Shown: positions 1 through 6,491, numbered from the stretch's first letter. The stretch is 32,000 bases of DNA from Planctopirus limnophila DSM 3776 (GCF_000092105.1 NC_014148.1:2760001-2792000); one strand, 5' to 3'. Program-made: numbers and translations. The notes: generated by a model from the letters alone, not told the origin.

Positions 1-1038
1 TTTGTATGGTGCTACGCGGTAGAGGGCATCAGCGTTCTCATTTTGAAGGTCATAATATGATTTTACTCCATCTCGATAGGGCGTTGCACCCTCACCAAAA
101 TGGAGTAAGTGCTTTTCAGCATCGACCCAATCAGCAGGGCTTGCGAGGCTTTCGGGAAGTATCTTTCCATTTTGGAATGCTCGGAACGGAGCAGTCAGCT
201 TGCCATCCTTCAGAGTTCCTTTAAAGAGCAATGGTGGCCAGATATCCAAGGACACGGTATTGCATTCGTGTTGTTGCATGTCCTCGTAGTATGCACTCAT
301 ATGCGTTTCGGATAGGCCACCCTTTTGGACACATGGTCGGACTTGTGAAGTGTTGATTTTACTTGGTTCGAAAAAAAAGCCGAAGACCGCGTGGCATCTT
401 GGGAGAGGCACTTTTCTGGTTGTGATCGTGAGGTTCACTTGCTCTCGGTAGGTCGTGCCGTCGGCAAGCGTCGCACAAATGGTGATGGTTGCGGAAAGTG
501 ATGGTCGATAGATGGGAGTGTCGAGCTTGTTGAAGATGAACCATTTTCCGGTTGAGCGTCCAGCTTCCAGTGATTCGTTGACTGAGTTGGGAGCTACGCT
601 GCACAGGTTGTCGCTGTAGACGAAGGTTGGTTGCCAAGTGCAATGTGTGTTTGGTATCGGAAGCTGACCGCGAGGAGTTATATAGAACAGGGAAAAGATG
701 CCAGGCCCATTGATGTTATCATCAGCCCATTTGAAGGACTCAACCCAGACCCGGCGCACGGTCTTCCGTAAGAAGATGCCAATCTGGAATGAAGTCCGCT
801 CATTTTGAAATCGCGTTAGCGAGATGGCTCCTCCGTTCAGCAACTCATCAGTTGTGGGAGTGTAATCTTGAAAGATCGGTTCATTGATTTTTGGGATGAA
901 GAGTTGAAAGGGTTTGTTGCTGGAGGGGAGCGAGCCGAGACTGTTTTGAGGCGGGGCAATTGTGTCGAGCACTTTTTTATCCCAAAAGATTTTTACCGAC
1001 GAGCCTTGTTGCAACTCGTCCGAGTGTTCTATGTTCAC
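1..1038 (-). CDS. hypothetical protein, 3' end truncated by the window edge (at least 346 codons)
   Basis: My own minus-strand translation gives an uninterrupted frame from GTG (1036-1038) to position 1: VNIEHSDELQQGSSVKIFWDKK...DALYRVAPYK. An in-frame TAG sits immediately upstream at 1039-1041. The frame is absent from the ORF track because it has no stop in the window. No family recognised. The start codon is uncertain, with GTG and TTG options downstream. Confidence 0.55.
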   Translation of the reverse strand, partial: MNIEHSDELQQGSSVKIFWDKKVLDTIAPPQNSLGSLPSSNKPFQLFIPKINEPIFQDYTPTTDELLNGGAISLTRFQNERTSFQIGIFLRKTVRRVWVESFKWADDNINGPGIFSLFYITPRGQLPIPNTHCTWQPTFVYSDNLCSVAPNSVNESLEAGRSTGKWFIFNKLDTPIYRPSLSATITICATLADGTTYREQVNLTITTRKVPLPRCHAVFGFFFEPSKINTSQVRPCVQKGGLSETHMSAYYEDMQQHECNTVSLDIWPPLLFKGTLKDGKLTAPFRAFQNGKILPESLASPADWVDAEKHLLHFGEGATPYRDGVKSYYDLQNENADALYRVAPYK

Positions 1039-1196
1039 CTAAGTTTATCAATGAGATAATTTCGTGTTTATAAGTTTTTCATATTATCACGACACATGCA
1101 TAACAACAACAATTAATAGCCAATACAATCTACATTCATACCTTAGATTTACTCGGCGATAAGGTGTGCGAAGTGCAATTGGATCAGTTGCATCTG
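1039..1196. promoter_or_regulatory. AT-rich intergenic spacer between the winged-helix gene and the edge-truncated ORF; probable promoter region
   Basis: Strikingly AT-rich: my count for the 60-nt line 1081-1140 is 18/60 G+C. It has no ORF and contains TTGACA-like and TATTAAT/GATAAT-like hexamers on the minus strand. No promoter was mapped precisely. Confidence 0.3.
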
Positions 1197-2216
1197 TCAA
1201 TTTGAGCGACTAAGTTCCCAGGCCTCCAGAGCGATTCCACGCTCGAACGTGATGTCTCCAGCCGCCCGACGCTTCCATGCATCGGGACGGATGAAGCGGA
1301 GCCTGTCCGCCAGGGGATTGGCTCCGATCCTTTGGAGCAGCTCCTGCAGGGTCTGGCACTCATCCATTTCTGAGCCAAACTGCAATTCGAGCTGACGCCA
1401 TTTCTCATCCAGTGCGCGATTGCTGGCCTCTCGCTGGCGGCGTTCCTCGTCAAGGTTCACCCGCGTTCTGGTCTCTACGCTGGCCACTGGCTGCCGGTCT
1501 GGCGTGGGCCAGAGTCCGGCGGGGTCTTGCCCAGGTCGCAGGTTGATCAGCCGTCGCCGAATCTTTCCCGCGTTCCAGGCCTTGAGCTGGCTGGCGTGCC
1601 TGAGCACACCCAGCACCAACTCCACCGAGACGCCATGCTCACGGAATGAGGCGAAAGGCGTCTTGGTTTCCTGTATTCCCAATCTGAACATTTCCCCCTC
1701 CACCTCCGCCCAAACGTCTTTGGGGTGGGTGATGGGTGGGGATTGGGTTGGGTATATAGGTTGGTTCTCTTGTGGTTCTCTTGTGGTCTTCGAGCGGTCT
1801 TCGAGTGGTTCGCTTGTGGTTCTTTTTTCGTCCGAAAAAGAACCACTGAAAACCGGCTCGGGACTCGCCCAGGCCGGAAGTACCACTCGATACCAGTCAC
1901 CCTCTCGATTTCCTCCGCCTTCGATGCGTTCCAGCCAGCCCGCTTTCCGCAGCACCTCAATGGCGTTGCGAACTGGCGTTCTGTTCTTGGGGCTGTAGCC
2001 CAGGGCTTCAGCCAGTTGCCGCTCGGAGTAATGCGGCAACCGGCTGTAATGCCACCCATGCTCTTTGCTGAGGAGCAAGGCCAGCAGAGCAAAGGGCAGG
2101 GCCCCGAGCTGCTGCACCAGATCGGCGTTCACAAAGGCCCGGAGACAATCAGCCATGAACCAATTGTTGGGCCTGTTGGGGGCCGGGTCTGGTCGAAAAG
2201 TCTTCTGCGTGGGCAT
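1197..2216 (-). CDS. winged-helix DNA-binding protein; candidate replication initiator of the integrated element (lambda O-like logic)
   Basis: 339-aa ORF with an ATG start at 2216, 14 nt after the csrA-like stop. The N-terminal segment (LSKEHGWHYSRLPHYSERQLAEALGYSPKNRTPVRNAIEVLRKAGWLERIEG) looks like a winged HTH. A charged linker is followed by a C-terminal domain. The linker-coding DNA carries phased iteron-like repeats. The function is an inference. Confidence 0.75.
   Translation of the reverse strand: MPTQKTFRPDPAPNRPNNWFMADCLRAFVNADLVQQLGALPFALLALLLSKEHGWHYSRLPHYSERQLAEALGYSPKNRTPVRNAIEVLRKAGWLERIEGGGNREGDWYRVVLPAWASPEPVFSGSFSDEKRTTSEPLEDRSKTTREPQENQPIYPTQSPPITHPKDVWAEVEGEMFRLGIQETKTPFASFREHGVSVELVLGVLRHASQLKAWNAGKIRRRLINLRPGQDPAGLWPTPDRQPVASVETRTRVNLDEERRQREASNRALDEKWRQLELQFGSEMDECQTLQELLQRIGANPLADRLRFIRPDAWKRRAAGDITFERGIALEAWELSRSN
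1762..1846. repeat. six phased 11-bp iteron-like direct repeats followed by a perfect 12-bp inverted repeat
   Basis: GGT cores begin at 1763, 1774, 1785, 1796, 1807 and 1818, an exact 11-bp spacing. The units are GGTTCTCTTGT, GGTTCTCTTGT, GGTCTTCGAGC, GGTCTTCGAGT, GGTTCGCTTGT and GGTTCTTTTTT. The last unit forms the left arm of the palindrome GTGGTTCTTTTT (1816-1827) / AAAAAGAACCAC (1835-1846), with a 7-nt spacer. Confidence 0.85.
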
Positions 2217-2230
2217 CCTTGCTCCAACAT

Positions 2231-2419
2231 CTAAGCGGCTATCGGTGCGGGTTCCGTGTTCTCGTTGTGGGGTTCGATTTCTTCGCGGCAGATGCGGATA
2301 TGCCGGGGGGCCTCGATCCCCAGGCGAACTTGCTCACCGCGCACCACACGCACAGTGATGGGGCCGTCTGAGGTGTAGAGCGTGATGGCCTCAGTTTTTT
2401 TCCGTGACAGCACTAACAT
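2231..2419 (-). CDS. csrA: CsrA-family carbon storage regulator / translational repressor, carried on the element
   Basis: 62 aa: MLVLSRKKTEAITLYTSDGPITVRVVRGEQVRLGIEAPRHIRICREEI... This matches the CsrA signature (B. subtilis MLVLSRK..EAI....QVKLGIDAPKHIDIHRKEI), including the beta-1 MLVLSR strand and the REEI arginine. GGAAGGA Shine-Dalgarno sequence upstream of the ATG. Confidence 0.88.
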   Translation of the reverse strand: MLVLSRKKTEAITLYTSDGPITVRVVRGEQVRLGIEAPRHIRICREEIEPHNENTEPAPIAA

Positions 2420-2479
2420 GCGGATTCCTTCCGTATGTGATGGGAAACGTTCACAGTTCCGATACGTTTCGGAAGTGAT

Positions 2480-3004
2480 CTATTGGCAGGCGTGAAACAC
2501 CTGCATGAAATGGACATAGACCTGGCCGGGCTCCCGTCGTGAGGGATCAATGGCCACAGGGTCGGGCAATTCCATTTCCCACTCGTGAGGGCAGGGCGTC
2601 CGCATCAGTTGATGGCGTTCGGAAGCCAGTGCGAGCAGATCAGCCGCATGCACCAGGGGATGGTCAAAGTGCTTAGGATCGACGCTAAACTTCTGGCCGA
2701 TCACCTCATTGAAGCGGTTTTCGATGGGCTTGTAGATGTCCGCAATCAAGGCCTTGAGCGGTCGTGTCACATCGCCCAGGTAAGCCTCGGCGGCATCGTG
2801 CAGCAGACCGGCCAGTTGCAGCTCTCGGGGAAGCTGATTGCAGACGAAAATCGAATGCTCGGCCACGCTGTAGGCTCGCCGCGTGTGGCCATTGAAGCGG
2901 TTCACCACACTGAGGGCATGGGCGATGTCATCGATATGTATCTGGTGCGGCTGTGGGTCGAGCAGATCAACCCGCTTTCCGCTGTAGGTTTGAATCCAAG
3001 TCAT
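2480..3004 (-). CDS. HD-domain metal-dependent phosphohydrolase (YfbR-like)
   Basis: 174 aa with H...HD...D signatures: SVAEHS, and LLHDAAEAYLGDVTRPLK comparable to YfbR HDASEVLTGDLPTP. AGGAGG Shine-Dalgarno sequence 7 nt upstream of the ATG at 3004. Confidence 0.85.
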   Translation of the reverse strand: MTWIQTYSGKRVDLLDPQPHQIHIDDIAHALSVVNRFNGHTRRAYSVAEHSIFVCNQLPRELQLAGLLHDAAEAYLGDVTRPLKALIADIYKPIENRFNEVIGQKFSVDPKHFDHPLVHAADLLALASERHQLMRTPCPHEWEMELPDPVAIDPSRREPGQVYVHFMQVFHACQ

Positions 3005-3126
3005 TTTTGTTCCTCCTGAACGATCAGATCACCATCAAAACAACAAGCCGGGAACGGGCCGCGTGATGCGCCTGCGAACATCGCGGCGGCGGGCCAGCCA
3101 CCGCTGCGACCCGTCCCCCAGACTTG

Positions 3127-3426
3127 TTAGAGACCGAGAATTTCAAGGTTGGGGACTGGCTTGAACCCCTCGTCAATCAGCTCCTGCAGCAGTGGCGGCA
3201 CCTGCTCGCGAAACGTCATGATCATGCGACGAGCCTTCCGGGCACATTCATTACCGTCATGATTTCCCGGATGTCGCAGGGCCAGTTGCACCTGGGCAAT
3301 GAGGCAGAAGAACGAAAAGGCATCTGTTTCGATGCACACCGTTCGACTGAAGAACTCTTTGGTGCCTGGATCATCTGCAAAGCGTTCCACCAGCTTTTCC
3401 ACCGAATCAATCTTCTTCTGAATCAT
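3127..3426 (-). CDS. hypothetical protein (99 aa)
   Basis: Internal ATG at 3426 within the 182-aa track ORF, preceded by GGAGGTGGAAGG. Product: MIQKKIDSVEKLVERFADDPGTKEFF... The part of the track ORF upstream of this ATG overlaps the zinc-finger gene in another frame. No family recognised. Confidence 0.6.
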   Translation of the reverse strand: MIQKKIDSVEKLVERFADDPGTKEFFSRTVCIETDAFSFFCLIAQVQLALRHPGNHDGNECARKARRMIMTFREQVPPLLQELIDEGFKPVPNLEILGL

Positions 3427-3706
3427 CGCCTTCCACCTCCATTTGTTGGTCGGAAACCGCCGCAAAAGTCGCATCGTGAGCCTGCCACAGAGGCATGCCG
3501 AGCCGTTGGCGAAAGGCCAGCATCGCAACCTTCTCGGGACTCCCTGGGGGGAAATGGCATCGAAGGTCAAACAGGCGAGTAAACCCCACTTGATCACAAG
3601 CCGCACAGGGCTTGAGGTGGCCGTTTTCGCGATGGGTGTGACCGCTGCCGCCACACGTTTCGCAGGCCTCTCCAATGCTCGATATCTGCTGATTGAACTG
3701 AATCAT
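3407..3706 (-). CDS. small zinc-finger protein with DnaJ-type CxxCxGxG motif and acidic tail
   Basis: 99 aa: MIQFNQQISSIGEACETCGGSGHTHRENGHLKPCAACDQVG... It has a CETCGGSG motif plus CAACDQVG, and the C-terminus is MEVEGDDSEED. AGGAGGG Shine-Dalgarno sequence upstream of the ATG at 3706. It starts 40 nt after the integrase stop. Confidence 0.65.
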   Translation of the reverse strand: MIQFNQQISSIGEACETCGGSGHTHRENGHLKPCAACDQVGFTRLFDLRCHFPPGSPEKVAMLAFRQRLGMPLWQAHDATFAAVSDQQMEVEGDDSEED

Positions 3707-3746
3707 GCGGCCCTCCTGTCAGCGCGTGAGGCCGGGGCCCAGATTG

Positions 3747-4883
3747 TCAGCCCGTGGCCAGCTTCAATTCGGGCACCTTCCCCAGAATGGAAAGCAGCCG
3801 CGAAGACAAAGCATCGGTTGCCGCTCGATCGTTTTCGGTGATCTTGCGGGCCTGATAGTTCGTGTGAATCACGTTCGACTTGGGGCCGTGGCCCAGCTTC
3901 TTCTTGGCCACCGAATCCCCGAACTGGTCGAGAATCTCCGTGGCTGCCGTCGATCGCAGATGTTTCGTCAACACCCGCTGGGAATCCTTGATTCCCGCTT
4001 CTCGCTGAAACTGCCTCATCACAGCATTGAAATGAGACTCCGACATGCGGCGGCCCAGGCGATCGACCCAGGGCAGAAACGGTTCGCCCGGCTGGCTCGG
4101 CAATGAGGCCAGCAGGTGCAGAACTTCGTCGTTGCGGCCCAGGCTGATGCGGAGTTCCTTGCGAGTCTTGTTGAGTTTGGCAGGGAGCACTAGTTCCCGC
4201 AGTTCCCACAGCGTGGCATCGTCGGGCCGGGGAATGTTGAGGAGTGCGTTTCGCCTCAGAGCTGTGATTCCGTCGAGAATCAAGGCCGCAATCCAGAAGG
4301 TTTGCGGGCTGCAGCCCGGCAGGCGTGGCGACTTCGCCAGGGCCGTGGCCGCCACGAAAGCCCGGAGTTGCTCGTCGGCCAGATCGACGGGGGCCGTGTC
4401 CATCTCGGGCAATGGCTCGACATAGGGCGGGTTGTGGAGCAGCCCCAGATTGCGACGACCGACCCCGCGTGGCTGTTTGGGGCCGCAATAGAAGAAGACC
4501 GAATTGAGAATGGCAATCTCGTTGTTGATCGTCGTATTGGTGAGCGGTTTTCCTCGCCACTGATCCCGCTGCCGTCGATGCACATAGTTTTCGAGATCGA
4601 TCGAGGTGATTGACCCCAGCCGCCGTTCGAGCAGATGGCAATACCTGGTGAAGCGATCCAGCACCCGTTTGACGTTGGCAGCGAAGACGGGGGAGAAACG
4701 CATTTCGCAGCGTTGGCCATAGACCTCTTTCAAGACAATCCACATCATGGTGGGCCCGTCTTCCGTGAGTGCAGCAGTGGTGGGCGTGATGCTCTCCTCG
4801 ACTGGTGCGGAATCCTTGAAGAGTGCCTCGAAGCGAGCGGCGGCAGAGGCGGAGGCCAGCGTGTAAGGTGTGTGTGCGATCAT
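3747..4883 (-). CDS. tyrosine recombinase / phage-type integrase
   Basis: 378 aa. The C-terminal catalytic signature is KHLRSTAATEI (HxxR) ... KKLGHGPKSNVIHTNYQA (H ... Y). The N-terminal region resembles a SAM-like/core-binding domain. ATG at 4883. Confidence 0.9.
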   Translation of the reverse strand: MIAHTPYTLASASAAARFEALFKDSAPVEESITPTTAALTEDGPTMMWIVLKEVYGQRCEMRFSPVFAANVKRVLDRFTRYCHLLERRLGSITSIDLENYVHRRQRDQWRGKPLTNTTINNEIAILNSVFFYCGPKQPRGVGRRNLGLLHNPPYVEPLPEMDTAPVDLADEQLRAFVAATALAKSPRLPGCSPQTFWIAALILDGITALRRNALLNIPRPDDATLWELRELVLPAKLNKTRKELRISLGRNDEVLHLLASLPSQPGEPFLPWVDRLGRRMSESHFNAVMRQFQREAGIKDSQRVLTKHLRSTAATEILDQFGDSVAKKKLGHGPKSNVIHTNYQARKITENDRAATDALSSRLLSILGKVPELKLATG

Positions 4884-4954
4884 CGGGGCCCGTTGGGTGA
4901 GCGTGGTTCCTGAATCGCTCCATCGCGTTTAGCATGAATCCATCCGCTGAAAAG

Positions 4955-4988
4955 CTAGTTCACGCCAGCACAGTTGGCAGTGAGCTAG
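4955..4988. promoter_or_regulatory. candidate operator: 9-bp inverted repeat upstream of the integrase operon
   Basis: CTAGTTCAC (4955-4963), a 16-nt spacer, then GTGAGCTAG (4980-4988). The arms are complementary except for one G:T position. The repeat lies between the XRE-module terminator and the integrase start. Confidence 0.3.
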
Positions 4989-5023
4989 TGACCCTTTGTG
5001 AAGAGAAAAGGCCGCAGCGAAAT

Positions 5024-5059
5024 GAAAAACGCCGCTGACCCTGTGAGGATCGCGGCGTT
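5024..5059 (-). terminator. rho-independent terminator of the XRE module
   Basis: On the minus strand: AACGCCGC, a 16-nt loop, GCGGCGTT, then TTTTCATTTC. The stem arms are at 5028-5035 and 5052-5059. It lies about 60 nt downstream of the stop of the last XRE gene. Confidence 0.7.
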
Positions 5060-5120
5060 AGCAATTCAGCACCCACCGTGGCTCTCACGGGGCTAAGTGT
5101 AGACACAAATGGCAACAAGT

Positions 5121-5378
5121 TCAAGCGGAAATTGGCTGCAGCATTTCAAAGCCAAAATTGGTCAACAACGCCTCAGGGGGAACCTGCAGGCCTTCTGCCA
5201 GCTTTACAATGGTTGTGAGATTTGGAGATTCCCTGCCAGTTTCCCACCTACAAACAGAGGCAAATGAACATCCCGTGATCTCAGCGAGCTTTCGCTGACT
5301 CATTCCAGCTCGTTGTCTAGCAGCTTTGAGGTTGCGGCTAAACACCTCGGGCAACTCATTTGGTTTCACTGTTTCCAT
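5121..5378 (-). CDS. XRE-family helix-turn-helix transcriptional regulator (paralog 1)
   Basis: 85 aa: ...NLKAARQRAGMSQRKLAEITGCSFASVCRWETGRESPNLTTIVKLAEGLQVPPEALL. This is the classic Cro/C1 HTH pattern. Confidence 0.88.
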   Translation of the reverse strand: METVKPNELPEVFSRNLKAARQRAGMSQRKLAEITGCSFASVCRWETGRESPNLTTIVKLAEGLQVPPEALLTNFGFEMLQPISA

Positions 5379-5409
5379 TCCCTTATGTTATGCCAAGCGG
5401 CAACATTTC

Positions 5410-5700
5410 CTAGGCAGGAATCTTTTCACTCTTTCCGGACGAACTTTGGTTTTGCTGGGGCTTCAACTGAACTGGTTCGCTACAGAACTTCACGAGCAAC
5501 AGCTCTGAACTAATTCCGAGCGCCTTCCCCAGTCGATGTACCGAGTTGAGGCTGGGTGATGCTTTGCCAGTCTCCCACTCAACAATTGAGTTGGGAGAGC
5601 ATTCGACAAGCATTGCTAACCGTCTTTGACTAAGGCCTGAACGAAGGCGTGCAGCCCTTAAATTCTCTTGAAACACCTCAGGAAGTTCAGATGGTTTCAT
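5410..5700 (-). CDS. XRE-family helix-turn-helix transcriptional regulator (paralog 2)
   Basis: 96 aa: MKPSELPEVFQENLRAARLRSGLSQRRLAMLVECSPNSIVEWETGKASPSLNSVHRLGKALGISSELLL. Its start overlaps the stop of paralog 3 by 4 nt (ATGA). Confidence 0.88.
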   Translation of the reverse strand: MKPSELPEVFQENLRAARLRSGLSQRRLAMLVECSPNSIVEWETGKASPSLNSVHRLGKALGISSELLLVKFCSEPVQLKPQQNQSSSGKSEKIPA

Positions 5701-5945
5701 GCCACTTCCTTGCTCATTCCCGGAACTTCAGCGGGGATTAACAACGCCGCCGGTGAGAGGTTAAAAACCCTTGCCGACATGAAGATCACTTCAAAAGACG
5801 GGGAAGACCTTTGCGACTCGATATGTGAGACTTGAGCAGCCGTAACGCCGATTTTTTCAGCCAACTGCTTTTGAGTGAGCCCGCGCGCCTTCCGTTGGAG
5901 GCGAAAGTTACGAGCAAACACAGTTCTAAGCTCTTCGGGTTTCAT
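5697..5945 (-). CDS. XRE-family helix-turn-helix transcriptional regulator (paralog 3)
   Basis: 82 aa: MKPEELRTVFARNFRLQRKARGLTQKQLAEKIGVTAAQVSHIESQRSSPSFEVIF... Confidence 0.85.
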   Translation of the reverse strand: MKPEELRTVFARNFRLQRKARGLTQKQLAEKIGVTAAQVSHIESQRSSPSFEVIFMSARVFNLSPAALLIPAEVPGMSKEVA

Positions 5946-5974
5946 AACTGGATGACTTCCTTGAGTTGCTGCGG

Positions 5975-6409
5975 TTAGAGAGCAGCAACATTTAGTTCAT
6001 CATCGAAATGACCATGAAACTCGCAAAATTCGTTGAGAATTGGGTAGTAACAATGAAGGTCAGGAGGATGTGAGTGTGGATTGCAAGCCCCCTTGTTGAC
6101 TCCATCCGCAAGCATCTCATTCAGAAGATATTCGGTGTCGATGCCTTCGTTTCGAAGATCGATGGCCGAAACATAGATGCCCACAGAGTCATCAAAAACA
6201 TCTGCCCCGACGACCAGCCTTCTTTCCAATCGCTCTTTTTTCAGGAAGCGAGTGAAAATCCCCATTCCAATCTGTGGAGTTATTGCGAAGCACTCTTGTT
6301 TGTCGAGTTCAACAATGTCATCGGTGGTGATTACGAGCACATGAAGGTCAACACTAACTTTCAAGTTTTGCACTCCCCAAAAGGAAACACGCCGAACCCA
6401 CACGCCCAA
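5975..6409 (-). CDS. hypothetical protein with a His/Cys-rich C-terminus, first gene of the XRE module
   Basis: 144-aa track ORF starting at TTG 6409. A TTG at 6364, preceded by GGGGAG with an 8-nt spacer, is a plausible alternative start. The C-terminus is GACNPHSHPPDLHCYYPILNEFCEFHGHF. No confident family assignment. Confidence 0.6.
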   Translation of the reverse strand: MGVWVRRVSFWGVQNLKVSVDLHVLVITTDDIVELDKQECFAITPQIGMGIFTRFLKKERLERRLVVGADVFDDSVGIYVSAIDLRNEGIDTEYLLNEMLADGVNKGACNPHSHPPDLHCYYPILNEFCEFHGHFDDELNVAAL

Positions 6410-6441
6410 TCGGGCTGCCGGTTCGGCGTGCGTAGTGTCCC

Positions 6442-6491
6442 TACGGAAAACTCACAGCTTGACTAGGTCACCTGTAATTGTGTTTTCCGTA
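6442..6491. repeat. perfect 10-bp inverted repeat at the tRNA/element junction
   Basis: TACGGAAAAC (6442-6451) and GTTTTCCGTA (6482-6491), separated by 30 nt. The repeat ends 7 nt from the tRNA 3' end. Confidence 0.8.

Noticed and set aside
1762-1827. Possibility that the short tandem repeats are a CRISPR array
   Set aside because: The units are contiguous 11-bp repeats with no spacers, lie inside a CDS, and no cas genes are present.
3127-3675. 182-aa version of the ORF downstream of the zinc-finger gene
   Set aside because: The first 83 codons overlap the zinc-finger gene out of frame and look non-coding. An internal ATG at 3426 with a strong Shine-Dalgarno sequence gives a sensible 99-aa product.
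3703-4935. 410-aa minus-strand ORF overlapping the integrase in another frame
   Set aside because: Its product is Arg/Pro/Gly/Ala-rich, low-complexity and typical of an off-frame reading of high-GC DNA. The 378-aa frame carries the full tyrosine-recombinase signature.
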